Source of the DNA: Eledone cirrhosa
Taxonomy: Eukaryota
Length of the DNA: 64,000 nucleotides
Direction: 5' to 3'
NCBI GenBank assembly: GCA_964016885.1
Contig: OZ024740.1
Coordinates: forward strand, 382,788,001-382,852,000
This document shows, piece by piece, positions 39,146 to 53,697 of the stretch. Every line of letters begins with the position of its first letter. The stretch's first letter is position 1. Under the pieces are notes generated by a model. It was not told the origin of the DNA. It ran no database searches and saw nothing but the letters and a program-made list of their open reading frames with translations. Made by a program: the position numbers and the translations under genes.

Positions 39146-40380
39146 ACTGTTGAGGTTCTAGATCGACCACCTCCGCCTCCTGTTTCTATCTCATTTTGTC
39201 TTTATTAGTCTCTCACTATATCCAATATTCACCGGGCATACCAACCAACTGTCCAGGATATGCAACAGGCATTCAAACCACCTATTCCGTATGCGCAACG
39301 CAATACTCCACGAGGCGGTGCTGTTTGACCTACTGTGAGGGGGGGTTAGATTTCCCCAGTCCCTGGAAACCAGATCCACACCTCATGATCGTACCGGGAT
39401 CTTTGGCTGGAAAATATCTTCGCGTCTTCTATCTTCGCATTTTGTAATGCTTATAATACCCCTGACCTCCTAATTGTTCTTAAGATATTCATATTAGGAA
39501 TGCCCTTTCCTCCATGCCTGTGCAAATATTATATATTTCTCAGCCTATTTTATATTCCTGTGCGACTATCATTCTTATGATACATATTAGGCGTTGGCAT
39601 AGTCTGATTATGGTACATTTCCCACATCCCATATTCTTTTTTTTTTTTTTTTTTTGTAATTTGTTTTTGTTTCTACCTCTGTACAATTTGCTGTGACTGT
39701 TAGCTTGAGATTTATTCCTTATTTATTTAATGGTATTCTATCTTCAACCTTTATTTTATTTTGTTCTATTTTAAAATTCCTATATGTTAACATTAATTCT
39801 CAATTAATGTTTTGTACTACATACGGTGAGACTGGTTATATTGTATTATCATTACTATAACGGTCACTGAAGCCGAGTACCACTACCCCCTCCTGAGATA
39901 TCTTTGATGCAGTCTGCATTGTTATTGTTGCTGCTGTAGACAAATCCATCTGCCACAGCAACCGATTTCTAAGGTCATCCCTACTGATAAAGCATCTGTG
40001 AATGACCTGGTTCCTGAACACGTAGATCACCAATATCAGAGCATGGCACCATTAACGAATTCACAATGGTTAAATGCTACGATTTTGGATCGACCTCTGA
40101 CCACTAGCTTGTACACCCTTTGTGTTGATGCTGTGAAGCTGTTTATTGTAAGTCATGTGTTACCGGCGCTTTGAAAAATCAAAATCAATGATCAACCCGA
40201 GACCTACAAATGACTGAAACAACCCGAGCAATTTTTTATTCCTTCTTCGTTTTTCATGTTCAACTATTAGCTGTCTAATGAGGTCATAGTTGTTCCACGA
40301 CAGTGACATCGAAATATATGAGACAGCGATTGCATAGTGAATAAGTGAAGTAAATTTGAACCCGTTGACTTGTACATCTG

Positions 40381-40458
<78 letters not shown>

Positions 40459-43400
40459 TATAAGTGGGGGGTGTATATGTGCGCGCGTGTGTGTGTATTG
40501 TCACTTTTAATGTTATCTTGATGTCAGCCACGTATTTATAAAACAGAAACCACCATTATTGAAGGTAGTGTCTTCGTATGATATTTAAGGCATCAGAAAA
40601 TGTTTAGCGTCATTTAGTTGTGGCCATATATGATTTCAAATCACATTAAGATCAACGTTACCTGTGGTCCTTCCGAGGTCTATAATAAAAAGTACCATTA
40701 ATGTCTTAAGTATAATCGTTTTTCTTCTCTCCACATTATTAGAATTCCTTATTATTATTTTCTTCTATCTATTCAGCAATTCATTTTCCTTCTACCGTAT
40801 AAAGTTTTTTCACCCAACATTAGTTATCCAGCAAATTTCTTATTGTACATGCTTTGATTTCTGTAGCCAAAAGAAATGGAACCTTATCTCCAAACGAAGC
40901 ATTCAGATATTTAGCCATTGTCCCTAAGGCTCCAATTATATTTGTAATGATAACAATTTCGCGGCAATACCAGATTCTCAGTATTTCCTATTTAACACTT
41001 AGTATTATTCTATCTCACATTCATTGTTTACGACTCTTATCAAATGGGCCACTGCCATTGATTAGCCGACACCCACATATCCCACCTTATTGTGTGTAAT
41101 AATATCTGGGTGTTGGTTTATCCATTTGAATCATCGTGTCCCGTGGTAGTTTTGCATGTATGATATTAATGACACGTTCTATTACTTGGCTTTAAAGCTT
41201 CTTTGCATTTTCAAATTCAACCGCATTACATATACGCCTACATAAAATCGGTGCAGCTAATGTATTTGGAAAAGCATCATATGGTCAGAGACAACATACG
41301 ACACTGACCTTTCTCTTTCACCAACCATTGAACATGCAACCGGAATGTATTCCTTATATATATATATCTTTTCATTCTAGTAGATCACTTTCTGATTGTG
41401 TAATAACACACGGCTCTAGTTTTATTCGTTTTAGCAACTTGAATGACTTCTCATATAATTACTCTTCCGTAATCTGGAAAAAAATCATTTCATGCAAGTT
41501 TTACAGCTCATATCGTTGTTCTCAAGTTTTCAGGACTTCACTTCTTTTCCTTTTTTCATTTAACCAGCCCACTTTTCATTCTACTATTAATAGAACATCT
41601 TCCGTATCAGCAACACTCTTCTTCGAACTCGCTACCTCTAATTCCGTAGTCTCCTATGCTTATCATCACACGTCATTCCTTATTCTCTGCTGAAGCATAA
41701 CCTGTAAGTAACTGTCAGTGTGCATCAGTTTTGTGTATTGTCATCATTTTCTTTGTTTTTCCATACAACTTCTGAAGTTATTTTGCCTATTATATTATCT
41801 CTGTGTTTTATCTGATGATGTATATTGCACTAGAGGGCAAGATACTGATGGTGTGTATGACATTATGCTTGGATTTTAATATTTTCTTTTTTTTTTGCTC
41901 TTACTTTCTCCTGCGAATAAATCTATTGGGATGGCACATATGTGACAACATTTCATTTCCTTTAATATTTATTCTGTAATTCTGTGAGAAATAAATCAAT
42001 CTCATTCTTCCCTAAATATTTCATGTGAGCCAATTTACGCTGGTAAAGGTTCTTATGCGATGTTATACAGGATCTAGTAAACTATAGCTAAAAGCCAAGA
42101 TCAATATCTGCCCCAAATGTGTCAACAGGTTTCGAATTGATCAATAATCACCATTTTTTTTACTACTGCAAAAAAAGAAAAGAAAATCAATAGTAGCTCA
42201 GATCTTAAATCATACACTAAGCAAAATAATCAGAACTGACAAATGTAGAGCCCTCTAATAGTAGACTACGACGAAATATTTTTGATATCTATGTAGCCAT
42301 TACGTTTTGATAAAATATAATGATCGGTAACTATTAATTATCTTTCAACACTGATGCTAATATTCAGAAATAATACAACGTTTTATGGCATATTACACAA
42401 AATATCGAAGCACTTAGTTATTTATATTCAGTATTACGGAAAAAAATAAATGATTTGTTACTTTTCTATGATTAGAGCTTAGAATGGCGCCTGCAGTAAT
42501 GCTATACAAGGCTCAAAGCACTGATTAGATTTATTGATATTTTTTTTTTGTGTATCGCAGTTAATGTATGAAAGTTTCCTTTTAACTAACAAGGTACTTC
42601 TATACACAACTTATATTGTGAACATGATATTTAAATATGTAGAACAGATTTTAGTTTGTCCTTTTATTATCATACTAGTTTGCTTTTAACTACTTTGTGT
42701 TATTTTACTTGGGATTCAATAATACGATTCATGGCATTATTCACTCAAATAACTTCATTAACATATACATTGTTTCCGGTCTGTAGCTAACGATCGTAAT
42801 TAGCTAATAAACTAAAGAAATATAGACGCGGCAGGAAAGGGCTTTTGTTTAAATCAGACGAATATTTATTTTACATTCAAAGTATCGATAATTAAGATAC
42901 CGAAATACCACTACGTAATTGCAGTAACCGCTAATACTACTATTTAAAACCATCTCTGATTAATTAGACGATAATTTGCATTATTTTACAAGGAAAGTAT
43001 TGGAATTGCTGAAATTTTACCCATAATACATAATTGAAACATTTCCAAGGGATTACACTATATTCAAAGTTAGGAAGGCTGAGTTCGTGGTTTACATTTA
43101 GTGTATTGAAACAATGTAACGAAAATAAGAAAACGTCTTACCTAATATCGAACTTATACACCATATGTAAGTTGCTCTCACAATTTATCGCTGTGCATGT
43201 GTGTGTGTGTATGTGTGTGTGTGTGTGTGTGTGTATTTATGTACGTAGGCTTTCCATTCGAAATATATTTTTCAATATCATCGACTACAGCATAACCGTC
43301 TGCTCTCCATTTAAAACCGTAGGCATTGCATTAGCTGTGTGTTTGCTTTTTATTTCTACGACCTCGTGTATATGTATAGAATTTCCATATAAGTTGCAAT

Positions 43401-43815
43401 ATGCGACATATTCTATTGGACTTAGGCATGTATGATGTTCCGTGTGTCATTTAGTTGCATGATATTTAAAGCAATTGTCTTTTTTAAGCTTAGGGCTGAC
43501 AAGAATATGTTGTTTGAATTATCACTGTAATTCAAAATGTTTACATTGTATCATGGTGATAATATCCTCAGAATAATGTCAAATTTATAAATGTCTCTGT
43601 AATATCCTAGCAATTCATTGTTAATTTAATCAGTAGCACATTCAGTTGATTTGACAACTGAATAATTATTATTGTAACATTACTCTATTCGAGATTTCTT
43701 TGTAGAATTACTAGCACTGGATGCGCCTCTGGTATATTGTCTACCACATTTCTTAAGAGTGTTACACACACATATTTATATGTATATATATGTATGTGTG
43801 TGTGTTTCTCTGTAT

Positions 43816-43865
<50 letters not shown>

Positions 43866-43922
43866 GTGTGTATGTATATATATATATATATATATACACG
43901 CATACAGAGGAACACGCACACG

Positions 43923-44002
<80 letters not shown>

Positions 44003-44008
<6 letters not shown>

Positions 44009-44195
44009 TGTAATAAACAACATAAGATAGTTATTTCATTTACCAGTGATTTCTTGAAGGCAGATTTTATGTCTGTTTTCAGTCGTCAGAATGAATAAAT
44101 AACCTGGTGTTTTTATTAAATATGGATTTGAAAACACCATGTTATTTATTCATTCTTAATGAAATAATTATCTTATGTTGTTTATTACATAATTA
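44003..44195. repeat. Nested fold-back next to (TA)n with a CTGACGA...GAAA motif on the minus strand
   Basis: TTATGTAATAAACAACATAAGATA pairs with TATCTTATGTTGTTTATTACATAA. Inner arms AGAATGAATAAATAAC..GGTGTTTT and AAAACACC..GTTATTTATTCATTCT. Confidence 0.8.
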
Positions 44196-44505
44196 TTGGG
44201 CTCTGTAGCCTACACAGAGCACTCCTTTTTCCTCTATATTCCGACGGAAATACTTCATATATATATATATATAAATCGGAACAAGTAGGACCCCGAAGGC
44301 TGAGCTCAAGCCGTTTCGACGGCTAATTCTGGACTGGTGCGTTATGGTCCATCTGGTTCCTTACCACACTTCCTTCGTTATATATATATATGTATATATA
44401 TATATATACCCCCACCCACCCCACTCTCAAGAGCGTGAACCTAATAAACCTTTGTTTGTTCTGCCTCTCTGTTTTTGTTCCCGTCCCAGTTTTTCACTAT
44501 ATATA

Positions 44506-44832
44506 TACAATGATATAAAATAATTGGAAACCATATTTATAAAACCATATTTATTCTATTATATTTCAAGGGTACAAAAACTTTTGTATGCTATCATCAT
44601 ATAAAAGTGCGTTTTATAAATATTGACGTAACCAAGGAAAATATACGTTAACGGTTCAAGTTTTCCTTGGATGGATAGACTATCCAAGGAAAACTTGAAT
44701 CGTTAAGGTATATTTTCCTTTATGATGTCAACATTTATAAAACACACCAAAGTTTTGGTACCCTTGAAATATATATAATAGAATAAATATGGTTTTATAA
44801 ATATAGTTTCCATTTATTTAATAACATTGAAT
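44506..44832. repeat. ~320-bp fold-back of the same family as the 29.2-29.47 kb hammerhead element
   Basis: Arms are mirrored around ~44676. The motif GAAATATA..AATAGAATAAATATGGTTTTATAAATA.AGTTTCCA is shared with 29333-29380. Confidence 0.8.
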
Positions 44833-44943
44833 ATTATACGCCAGAAAACTTGTCATGTGCTCTGGATCAGTTATAAACATTTATATTTGTTGAATTACCA
44901 ACAAATTGAATATCTCTTCAGCTTATATGTATATATATATATA

Positions 44944-45715
44944 TAAATAAACGGAGAAAGCTAAGAGCGATACTCCAGCCAAATTCCAACTCACTAAAGA
45001 AACATTAGGTAATACCTGAGTATATTCACAATTAAACGTTTGGGGTGCTAACTATATTGTATTGTGTGGATAATTGCCTGTATTATTTCATATGAGATAT
45101 ATCAATTATATCATTTCCCAGACGAATCATTTCATTATAAGATTTCTACAAGTTGGGTGAAATGATACCAAGTTATGTAGAAGCTTGTGTAAGATCAATA
45201 GATACTTATTCAAGTGGGCTCTTATAAATCTTCAGTGGGTACCCAATAACATTAATATTGATAAACAAATCAACATCAATATTTAGCGATAATCACCATC
45301 AGTGCTAGAGGGAACTGTTAGGTTGTTAGTCCAGCAGTTCTAAAGAAAATCTCACACTGTCCCAAAGATGAGAGGAAGGAGGTTACCGCCAAGAACAATA
45401 CATGCGCAGGTCGTTGAACTCTGACAAGAATTCAAGCCACGTGCGAAGAACTCAATTGGATATGAAAAAATAAATATATGTGTCCACCGCTTAATGACAC
45501 ATAGAGACATTTTCTCGGGCAAAATAACAGAATGAGATACAAGAACAAACAATCAATATTCATATAAAAATATAAACAAAGAGAATAATATCTTATATCG
45601 GGAAAGTTCATATCTGGTGCTCCAAGAGTAAATATATAAATACATAAACGGAGAAGGCTAATAGCAATACTCCGGCCAAATTCCAACTCACTCAACAAAC
45701 ATTAGGAAATACCTC
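44944..45715. repeat. Pair of ~75-bp direct repeats ~700 bp apart, bounded by (TA)n
   Basis: ATAAACGGAGAA.GCTAA.AGC.ATACTCC.GCCAAATTCCAACTCACT.AA.AAACATTAGG.AATACCT at ~44947 and ~45644. Confidence 0.75.
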
Positions 45716-46027
45716 ATATATATATACATATATATATATATGAGGGTAAAAGGTAAACACAAATAACGAAGATAACGATACAAACGACACAGACCATGGA
45801 AGAAATATAATAGTTTAACGCTTGAAATAGCAGGACGAGAGTTTTAATGTTTAGAACACTAGTCCTTAATCAGGAGATATACTTAGATATAGAAGATAAA
45901 TAAAAAGTAAAAAGATAAGAGGTAGGAAACGGGAAGAAATATAAATAACTTTCGCGAGAAAAAATAACACACGTGCGTATTAGTTGATCTAACAACTGAA
46001 TAAACCATTGTCGTAACTGATCTATCG

Positions 46028-46060
<33 letters not shown>

Positions 46061-47229
46061 GAAGGTTATCTTTGATGCTAAAAAGCTTTTTTATTACTTG
46101 GAATACATATATTTTGAAACAGTATTAAGATACGTTTATAGTATTTTGCTAAATCAAATTAGACCTTGGGGATTTTGAAATATACGTTTTGCTTACCTAT
46201 ATTTCAAAAACACGTTCATTACATTTATTCTTGATTCTTGCTTATTTTGTCAGTAGTATTTTGATGATGTTACGTATATTGCGGTTGAATTCACACATGG
46301 TTATTTCTTGCAGTTTGTTGGTTATATATTATTAAAACGTTTCTGTTTATAGTATGGTACAAATTATATATGAAAATAGAAAATATATAATACATTCAAA
46401 ATGAGAAACTCCAGAAACACATGCATACACACACGCACATGTTTGCATATATGCCTTTAATGCCGAATACTTATTTCACATAGGGACAGTAAATTATTAA
46501 CATAATTTCTGATACGACGCAAATATTTAACTAATCGTATTAGAAATGTAAAATTAGAATGCAAAAATTAATAGCTACTTTATTTGTATGTCATTTGTTT
46601 TAATAATTTACAAGAAAATTGTAGCAAGACAAAATCTACGAATTGCATTCAGATTTCTCCAAAAATACTCATCATTACCGCTGCAATCTTGTAATATATA
46701 TAATGGTTTTGATGAAGCATAGTGCAGATGGACAATACCCATTTAAATGTCAGATTGAAGGATACCCTTTGAAAAATCTTTGATTTCCAATATTGGTTGC
46801 AGTGGATAATTTAGTCTGGAAAAGAATAACTTAACCGTGGCGGGATTTGAAATCAAAATTGATTCATGAATATATAAGGAAACACTTGTTTTTCGATGCC
46901 CGACATATTCTGTCAAGTGTTCTTATTTAGTCTAATGGCACTGAAATGTTACGACCACTTACCTAGTTTAATAACGACATTCATATCTTGACTACAAAGT
47001 ACTCAAGACGTTGGAAACAATACACGGATAAATGAAATATCACATCAACAAAGAAAAAACAGTAGATGTGACAATAAAAAAATAATTGTAATAAATAGTA
47101 ATTATTTCAATTAAATCAATAACAAATGTCAACCAGTAAACGTTCCTCAATAGAAAAAAAGTATGGCTTTACACTAATTCAAGGGAAAACAAAACAACTC
47201 TGCAAGATTCGGTCTCTGTTCGATAGCAC

Positions 47230-47790
47230 ACATGATACAGTCGTTTACCGTTGTGTATGTCAGAAGAGCTTCGCTGTTGGCAATTTCATTCATATTGAAC
47301 AATAGAGTGGGTTGCTATGATGCCTGAATGGCACTGGAATTGCCTTCACCCATCTTCGTCCCTCCTTTTTCTCACGTCTCTTTCATAAAACACACTACAA
47401 TGCTGTTTCTGCCTTACTATTTTCACTTCTTCTCCTTCAAGCGTTACTTGAATATGATATGGAGGGCCTGGTCGTGTAATAATCGATACAACGTATTTCG
47501 CCATAGCTAACAGGCAGCAGACAAATTGCTGACATTTTCTCCAAAAGAAAGTTGGAGTTTCCACTTTTAATATAAATCTAGTTAGTAGTCAGAACTGTCG
47601 TGCAAGATATATAGCTTTTTTCCAAATGACCACACGTCTGGAATTCACTAATACTTGGCGATAGCATGCAGTAAGATCTTGTCACCGTGTGTACACCCTA
47701 AAAAAGTTCAGTTCTTGGAACTTCTATGCCTGGTTGGACTGCGATTACAAGGACTTTGGAAAATAGACAATAAACTTCGACTGTTTTCAT
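47230..47790 (-). pseudogene. Old Tx1/L1 ORF2 3' remnant
   Basis: Minus-strand HGDKILLHAIAK..IPDVWSF and FVCCLLAMAKYVV resemble QGDETVLHALVQC..IADLWVY and VFICLVAMAKEIV of ORF2 at 10867-14286. Confidence 0.55.
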
Positions 47791-48747
47791 TTATGTCCAG
47801 AACCATTCTCATACCATTGTAGTTTATATATTCCATTAGCCTTCTATAGTAAGCAAGCGATGTTTTTTTATTTTCCAATTTTGCCTATCAACCCATTTTC
47901 GAATAGATTAAGATAAGAAAATTGGAAGTTGAATTGAAATGTGTTTCGTTTCAGTTACGATTCTTTCTAGTATTATTCTTCTATCAAATAATGCGCATGA
48001 TAATAAATATGATATAGTGTACTGCGATATAATAATACGGGAAATGATTGATTGTAAATCTCGATGCGCTTCATTTCCTTTATTTGACTCTTACTAGCCA
48101 AATACTGAATTTTAAATAATCGACTATACACCTCTCTGACAATGTCTGGATTTGTTCAAACGTTAGAACTTAATTATATACTGTTGATTAGACAATATGG
48201 TAGATTTCTAGCGCATACATCAAGAAAATACATTCTACTGCAGTTATCTGATTAATATGATTGATGACACAGGATATTACATATAAAATATTGCAAATAT
48301 TCATGAGATGTGTAGATGGGACGGTGACGACATGAACAAATGTCATATTTGCCAATAACCCCGGTGATTCATATTCTTACCTGATTTGTTTGTAATGTAT
48401 GTAGATTAACTTATCATTTATTTTGGATTTATAAACTAATTATAATACACATTAAGGATTAGTATTGAGTGTATTCTACAATTGTTTGATTGAATAATTC
48501 GAGTATTCGGATCTTAATTCACATGCTACAGTTTAGTTCTTTTTAATTATATTCTAAGTTTAGGATAACGTAATGGATATTCCGTTTGTTTCGTGGATGA
48601 ACATCCAACTACTCTCGCGGCTCAACTGCAAACGTGTAAACTAAAGTCTAAGAATTCCACAGACACGTCTATTCATAACGTAAGGTAAATCACCGTAAGA
48701 CATTAAGTGATACGTCTAGACTATTGAATCACAAATACAATCTATTT

Positions 48748-48885
48748 GATGGGCTTCCATATAGTTTCCGTGTAACCTGTTTCACACAGAAAGATAGAGT
48801 CTACTCCATGCTCTGGTAAGTATCCTTGCCGGAGATGTCATGCATTGAAATCAAGAGGAGTCATTATGGATTCGGAAAACATTTG
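48748..48885 (-). mobile_element. Decayed SINE of a second family
   Basis: ATGGGCTTCCATATAGTTTCCG...CTTGCC..GATGTCATGCA resembles, from memory, an octopus tRNA-SINE body. Not confirmed within the window. Confidence 0.35.
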
Positions 48886-49279
48886 CCATGACTGCAGCCA
48901 TACATGACAACATGTTTGAAAATGTAGTTAATACCTTATTCGTCTATTTATGTTACATACGTTTTATATAAACAGGTTCAACCTTTTGGCTTGTTATGTA
49001 TTTTCATTAATACGCATAGAATCACTGTTGGAGGATCTCTGTAAGCTGTATCGATTTTAATTTTAATTGTGTATGTAATAACAACAGCCTCTGGCACTAT
49101 TCATGTCTTTAAACTCAACTAAAATGCAAGACGTTATATCTTGTTTAAATTCCCAATAAGGCGTATAAGATCTATTAATTTCTTAAAATATATTTATTAA
49201 TTCAGTTCGATCTTGCTCTCATAGTACTAATAAAATTAGTGTTTAGCCGAGGGTAAACTACAATGCATTATATAAAACA

Positions 49280-49440
49280 GAGGGTCGGACGCTATGCTTT
49301 GATGCATAGAGTTACGGCCCTTGCCATTCTGAGTTCAAATGCCACCGAGGTTAACTTTACCTTTCATCCTTACGGGGTCGATAAAATAAAGTACCAGTAA
49401 TGCACTGGTAATTGCTGGCCTTGTGCCAAAAGTAGAAACA
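49280..49440 (+). mobile_element. tRNA-derived SINE with a 13-bp TSD
   Basis: TSD ATTATATAAAACA at 49267-49279 and 49441-49453. Confidence 0.88.
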
Positions 49441-50561
49441 ATTATATAAAACAAATGAAAAAAACTGGAACTTCAGCATAATATGGAAAATGTTATCCAC
49501 TGATATTTAATCTTATACTTTGATGAAAGGTATTGTTTTCTGTGTTATTTGATAATTTGAATATCAAAGTATATGCTGGTAGTGTCGTGTTACCTTCAGG
49601 AGAATTTCCGTCCATCATCGTTTCCAATTTATGTTTATTTATAAAAATGTAAGATTCACCCCAACAGATATGTTTTGGTAAATTGAAAAATAGAGCATCT
49701 ACCTATTTTCATAATAGCAAAAATGTAAATAGATGTTATATTCTATTAAAGACACAGCAGCATATGATAGGTTTCATTAAATATTTTTGGAAGTATCATA
49801 TTTAAATTTTCAAACATTATGGCCATTTGGATGTCCTCATCATAATATAGACATATTTTGCCAGAAGAATGTTAATGAGTAATCAATATGCGGCACATGA
49901 TAAATGTAATTCTAAATTCTCAGCTAAAATATTTCTTTCCCAATCAATAATCAATTTAAACACAGAAAACTAATCAATAAACAATATATACACATGCTAT
50001 GCCCTCCAATTCATTTTTTATTCTACATTTTTAGAAATTTAACTGGCTTCGATTCGATATCATAATGTTAAATGAATTAGACATTTTTGCACGGGCCCAT
50101 TGATCTAAATCCGTGTACTATGTTAGAAGAATCTTGCACCCAAACTGTTTCTTCATAATTCTGAATTAATGACCATTATATTATTACTTGAGAAAAGATA
50201 TTTTACATGATTTTAAATCTACACATAATTATAATTCATTTCGTTGGAAATAGGATGAAAATATTTCGAAATTACCTCCACATGTGGCAAACCAGTAGTA
50301 TACTGAAACGAGAGGATTCGTGTTTCTATTGGTTTTATGTTCTATGACGGAAGAGATGGATTTGGTGATTATTGTGCAAATTGTCTGATGAAACACAGCG
50401 CATATTCCTGACCACGGGGTATTTTTTTCTTATGCGCAGTTCAATATTGCATTATACGAGATAACATCTAGCTACGAATTTACAGTTAACTTCCTCAAAG
50501 AAGCATCTTAACCCTTTATGTTACAACTGCTCTTTCTAGAAATATGGAAGACATGTAGCAA

Positions 50562-50672
50562 AGTCAATCCCGCCGAGGTTGACTTTACCTTTCATCCTTA
50601 CGCGGTCGATAAAATAAAGTACCAGTAATGCACTGGGTAATTGCTGGCTTTGTGCCTAAAGTAGAAACCATT
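50562..50672 (+). mobile_element. SINE, 5'-truncated
   Basis: AATCCCGCCGAGGTTGACTTT...GTGCCTAAAGTAGAAACCATT. Confidence 0.85.
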
Positions 50673-50777
50673 ATATATATTCCCGTACATGTTTCAAAGA
50701 AGTTGTACACATTTATGTCTACACCTCCAAATGATTCTCATCAAAATCGTCTTTGTTTTCAAACCTATATATATATA

Positions 50778-52432
50778 ACTTAGTCTTAGGTTCTTCCACG
50801 CCATGTGGCGCATCGAGCAATAAGTACTCACCAATGGTTACGATCAAGGGTAGCCTTTTCGCATCCGTGCCAAGTGATGTTGGTTGCCATCAGGTCTTTT
50901 CGGAATCTTTTCGGCAGGTGATCCTGGGACAACCCCGCTTCCGTTTGCTATCAGGTGGAGTGCAGTTTATCGCTGTTTTCGAATGTCGCTGGTGGGGCAG
51001 GTGGAAAATATGAGCAGCCAGGTGGCACCAACGCTCCATGAATATCGTCTGTAGCGTCCACGACTCTGCTCTCCGAAGGATTTCCTCGTTTCGCACTCGG
51101 TCGCGCCAGGACACACGTAGGATGATTCACATGCACCACTGGTGGAAAGCATTTAGCCGTCTCTTTATATCTGCCCTGCGTAAAACACTGTTGACAGCAC
51201 GATGCTCTTATACAGGTGCAGCTTGATCCTGGGGCTTATGCATGAATACGACCAGACTGAGCGCATCCGGTGGAAAACTGCGGATTCTGTGCCGAGCCGA
51301 CAGTTTATGACACGTTCCGCGTCACCATTGCTTGCCAGGATTTTGCCCAGATGGGTGAAGTGATCGACATCTCCCAGGGCTTGTTGGTTGTCTCTGACCG
51401 CTGGACCCGTGTTATTGGCTGTCCTCACCAGCATGGCCGATATTTTCTGCCCTCTCTTGCAGGAATGTTTTTAGGGCTTACAGATCTGCAATGTCTTCAC
51501 CGATCAAAGCAATGTTGTCGATTAATGTCAGGTCCTTCAGTTTCGACTGGCCTCTCCAGGGGATTCCTCAACGGGGTCCTTCCTCTGTTCGCCTTAGCAC
51601 GAAATCGGCTGCCAACAGGAACAACGGCGGAGAGTGAGATGCAACCTTATCTGAGTCCGGAGACTATCTCAATGAACTCCATCAGACCTGACTCAGTTCA
51701 CATGCACCAGCTGGAGTTTGCGCACAGGGCCTTGTATATGGCGATTAATATTGCAGGAATGCCCTATGAGTGTACGATATTCCACAATAATTCCCGATGC
51801 ACATTGTCGAATGGCTTCTGGAAATCAATGAAGATGACCGCCAAAGAGTGCTGGAGCTTAACGCATTGTCCGAGGATGTTGCCTAGTGTGAATATATGAT
51901 CGGTGCAAGATCGATTGTTTCGGAATCCAGCTTGTTCTGCCCGTTACAGTACAGAGACAACAGCCTGCCGGAGGTACCGAAGCAGCACAGTGCAAAACAC
52001 CTTGTCTGGGATTGGCAGCAATGTGATTCCGTGCCAGTTATTGCAGTCGGCCAGGTTTCCCGTCTTCAGCAGTTTAACGATGACACCACGTTGCCACTCA
52101 CGAGGAAGCCGACCAACCCTCCAGCGGTTGTTCATGATGTTTGTAAATGTCGTTATCATGCTATCCTCACTGAATTTGAGCAACTCAGTAGCGAACTGAT
52201 CCAGCCCGCTTGCTTTACCGTTCCTCATGTCGCTGATCGAATCTCTCATCTTCTGATTGGTGATTTGGTGCTTGCAGACATTGAGAAGCGCTACGATTCC
52301 TGAAGTCTCTGCGCTCAGGTCTATAAGGTCTACTGGATTTGCTTGGTTCAGCGTCTCTCGGAAGCATCTCCAACCACACGTCTCCAACCACACGTTTGCG
52401 AATCCAATTATCAAACCACTCAGCCACGCACC

Positions 52433-52435
<3 letters not shown>
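50778..52435 (-). mobile_element. Decayed RTE-clade LINE (RT region to 3' end)
   Basis: KASGLDQFATELLK, WQRGVIVKL..GNLADCNNWHGITLL..DKVF, IDFQKPFD, FTHLG, WRDRVRNEEILRR, RKRGCPRIT. Short tandem tail CTAAGACTAAG at ~50779-50789. Confidence 0.82.
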
Positions 52436-52474
<39 letters not shown>

Positions 52475-52519
52475 ATGTAAGTATATTTGTAGTAATATAT
52501 ATAAATAAACTAATAAACC

Positions 52520-52945
52520 ACTAGTAGAACACCTTCTAAGGGTGAAGAAAGTGTGCCTTTTCAAGTTCGGAGAAAGGTGCTGAAACTCTCGACTGGAGAA
52601 ACCTTTCAAAAAGGTATGTCGCTGCGGCAGCGCAAACTCCGAACCACAAAATATTCATGGAGGAGCTACAAAGCGCACCACATACAGGCTTCGACAGAAT
52701 GACGAGATGCTAAATGACTCTATCATGAACTGTGCACCGTACAGACTCACCCACCACAGTCTTTGTCACAATGCACTCAAAGAATGAAAAATAATTGAAA
52801 AGTTTAATGCATTGCCTGTTAATCGCATCGAAATTTAGGCCACAGAGCAGGCTCCCATGATTAATAAACATTATGATTTTCACTTATTGAAGGATTGTAA
52901 GACTGCAGTGAAAAAAATGTATGCTGACAAGGCACCTGGGTAAGA
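52520..52945 (+). pseudogene. LINE remnant (pre-RT region)
   Basis: DCKTAVKKMYADKAPG* resembles the conserved KAPGxD motif. Otherwise decayed. Confidence 0.35.
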
Positions 52946-53648
52946 GAGTACAGTGACTCAATGTGCATCAAGCTCGTTCTGATGCGCATTGAATCAAACA
53001 CAAGGATATGAAGAGCAAGGACCAACAGCTTGATCTGTACAATTGCATTAATGATCTCATAACGTCTTTAGCACAGTCAATAGACAAGTTCCTTGGAGTA
53101 TTCACCTGAAGCCTTGAGATGGTTACGATGATTATACATTCATTGCATGATGACATGAGGACGATCGCTTGTGTCTGTGTTTATGTTGAAGTGAAACGAG
53201 CAGTTAAATATATGGGGCATAATAGACCACTCTCAGAACGGGACCGAAATATATTTTTAAATGTGAGGGATGCAGACTTGACTTGTATATATGAATCAAA
53301 GGCTGGGGTATTAAGCTATGGCAGACGTCATGCTCATAGAAATAACACATTTCTTGACCCAATTTACCTTGACTTTACTGTCATCTGTACCAATGTTTGT
53401 CACTCCGCAGGGGGGCTACCATGACCCAACAATGCATATTATGCCAATCAAATTTACGAAGGAGGAAAACCCATCTGCACGCTGTGTGGTTTGACATGGA
53501 GATCATTCTGTTATTTGATGAATCTTCTAAGGAGCTATCAGCGGCAGTAACATTAATCTCATGTTTTTGCTAATATCTGTTTTTCCTCCTTCTAAAAAGT
53601 GGCCGTAAACTGACACTATGTATGTATGTATGTATGTATGTATGTATG

Positions 53649-53679
<31 letters not shown>

Positions 53680-53697
53680 GTATGTATGTATGTATGT

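Noticed and set aside
40500-41700. Another decayed LINE
   Set aside because: Only hints of motifs, and not enough to support a call.
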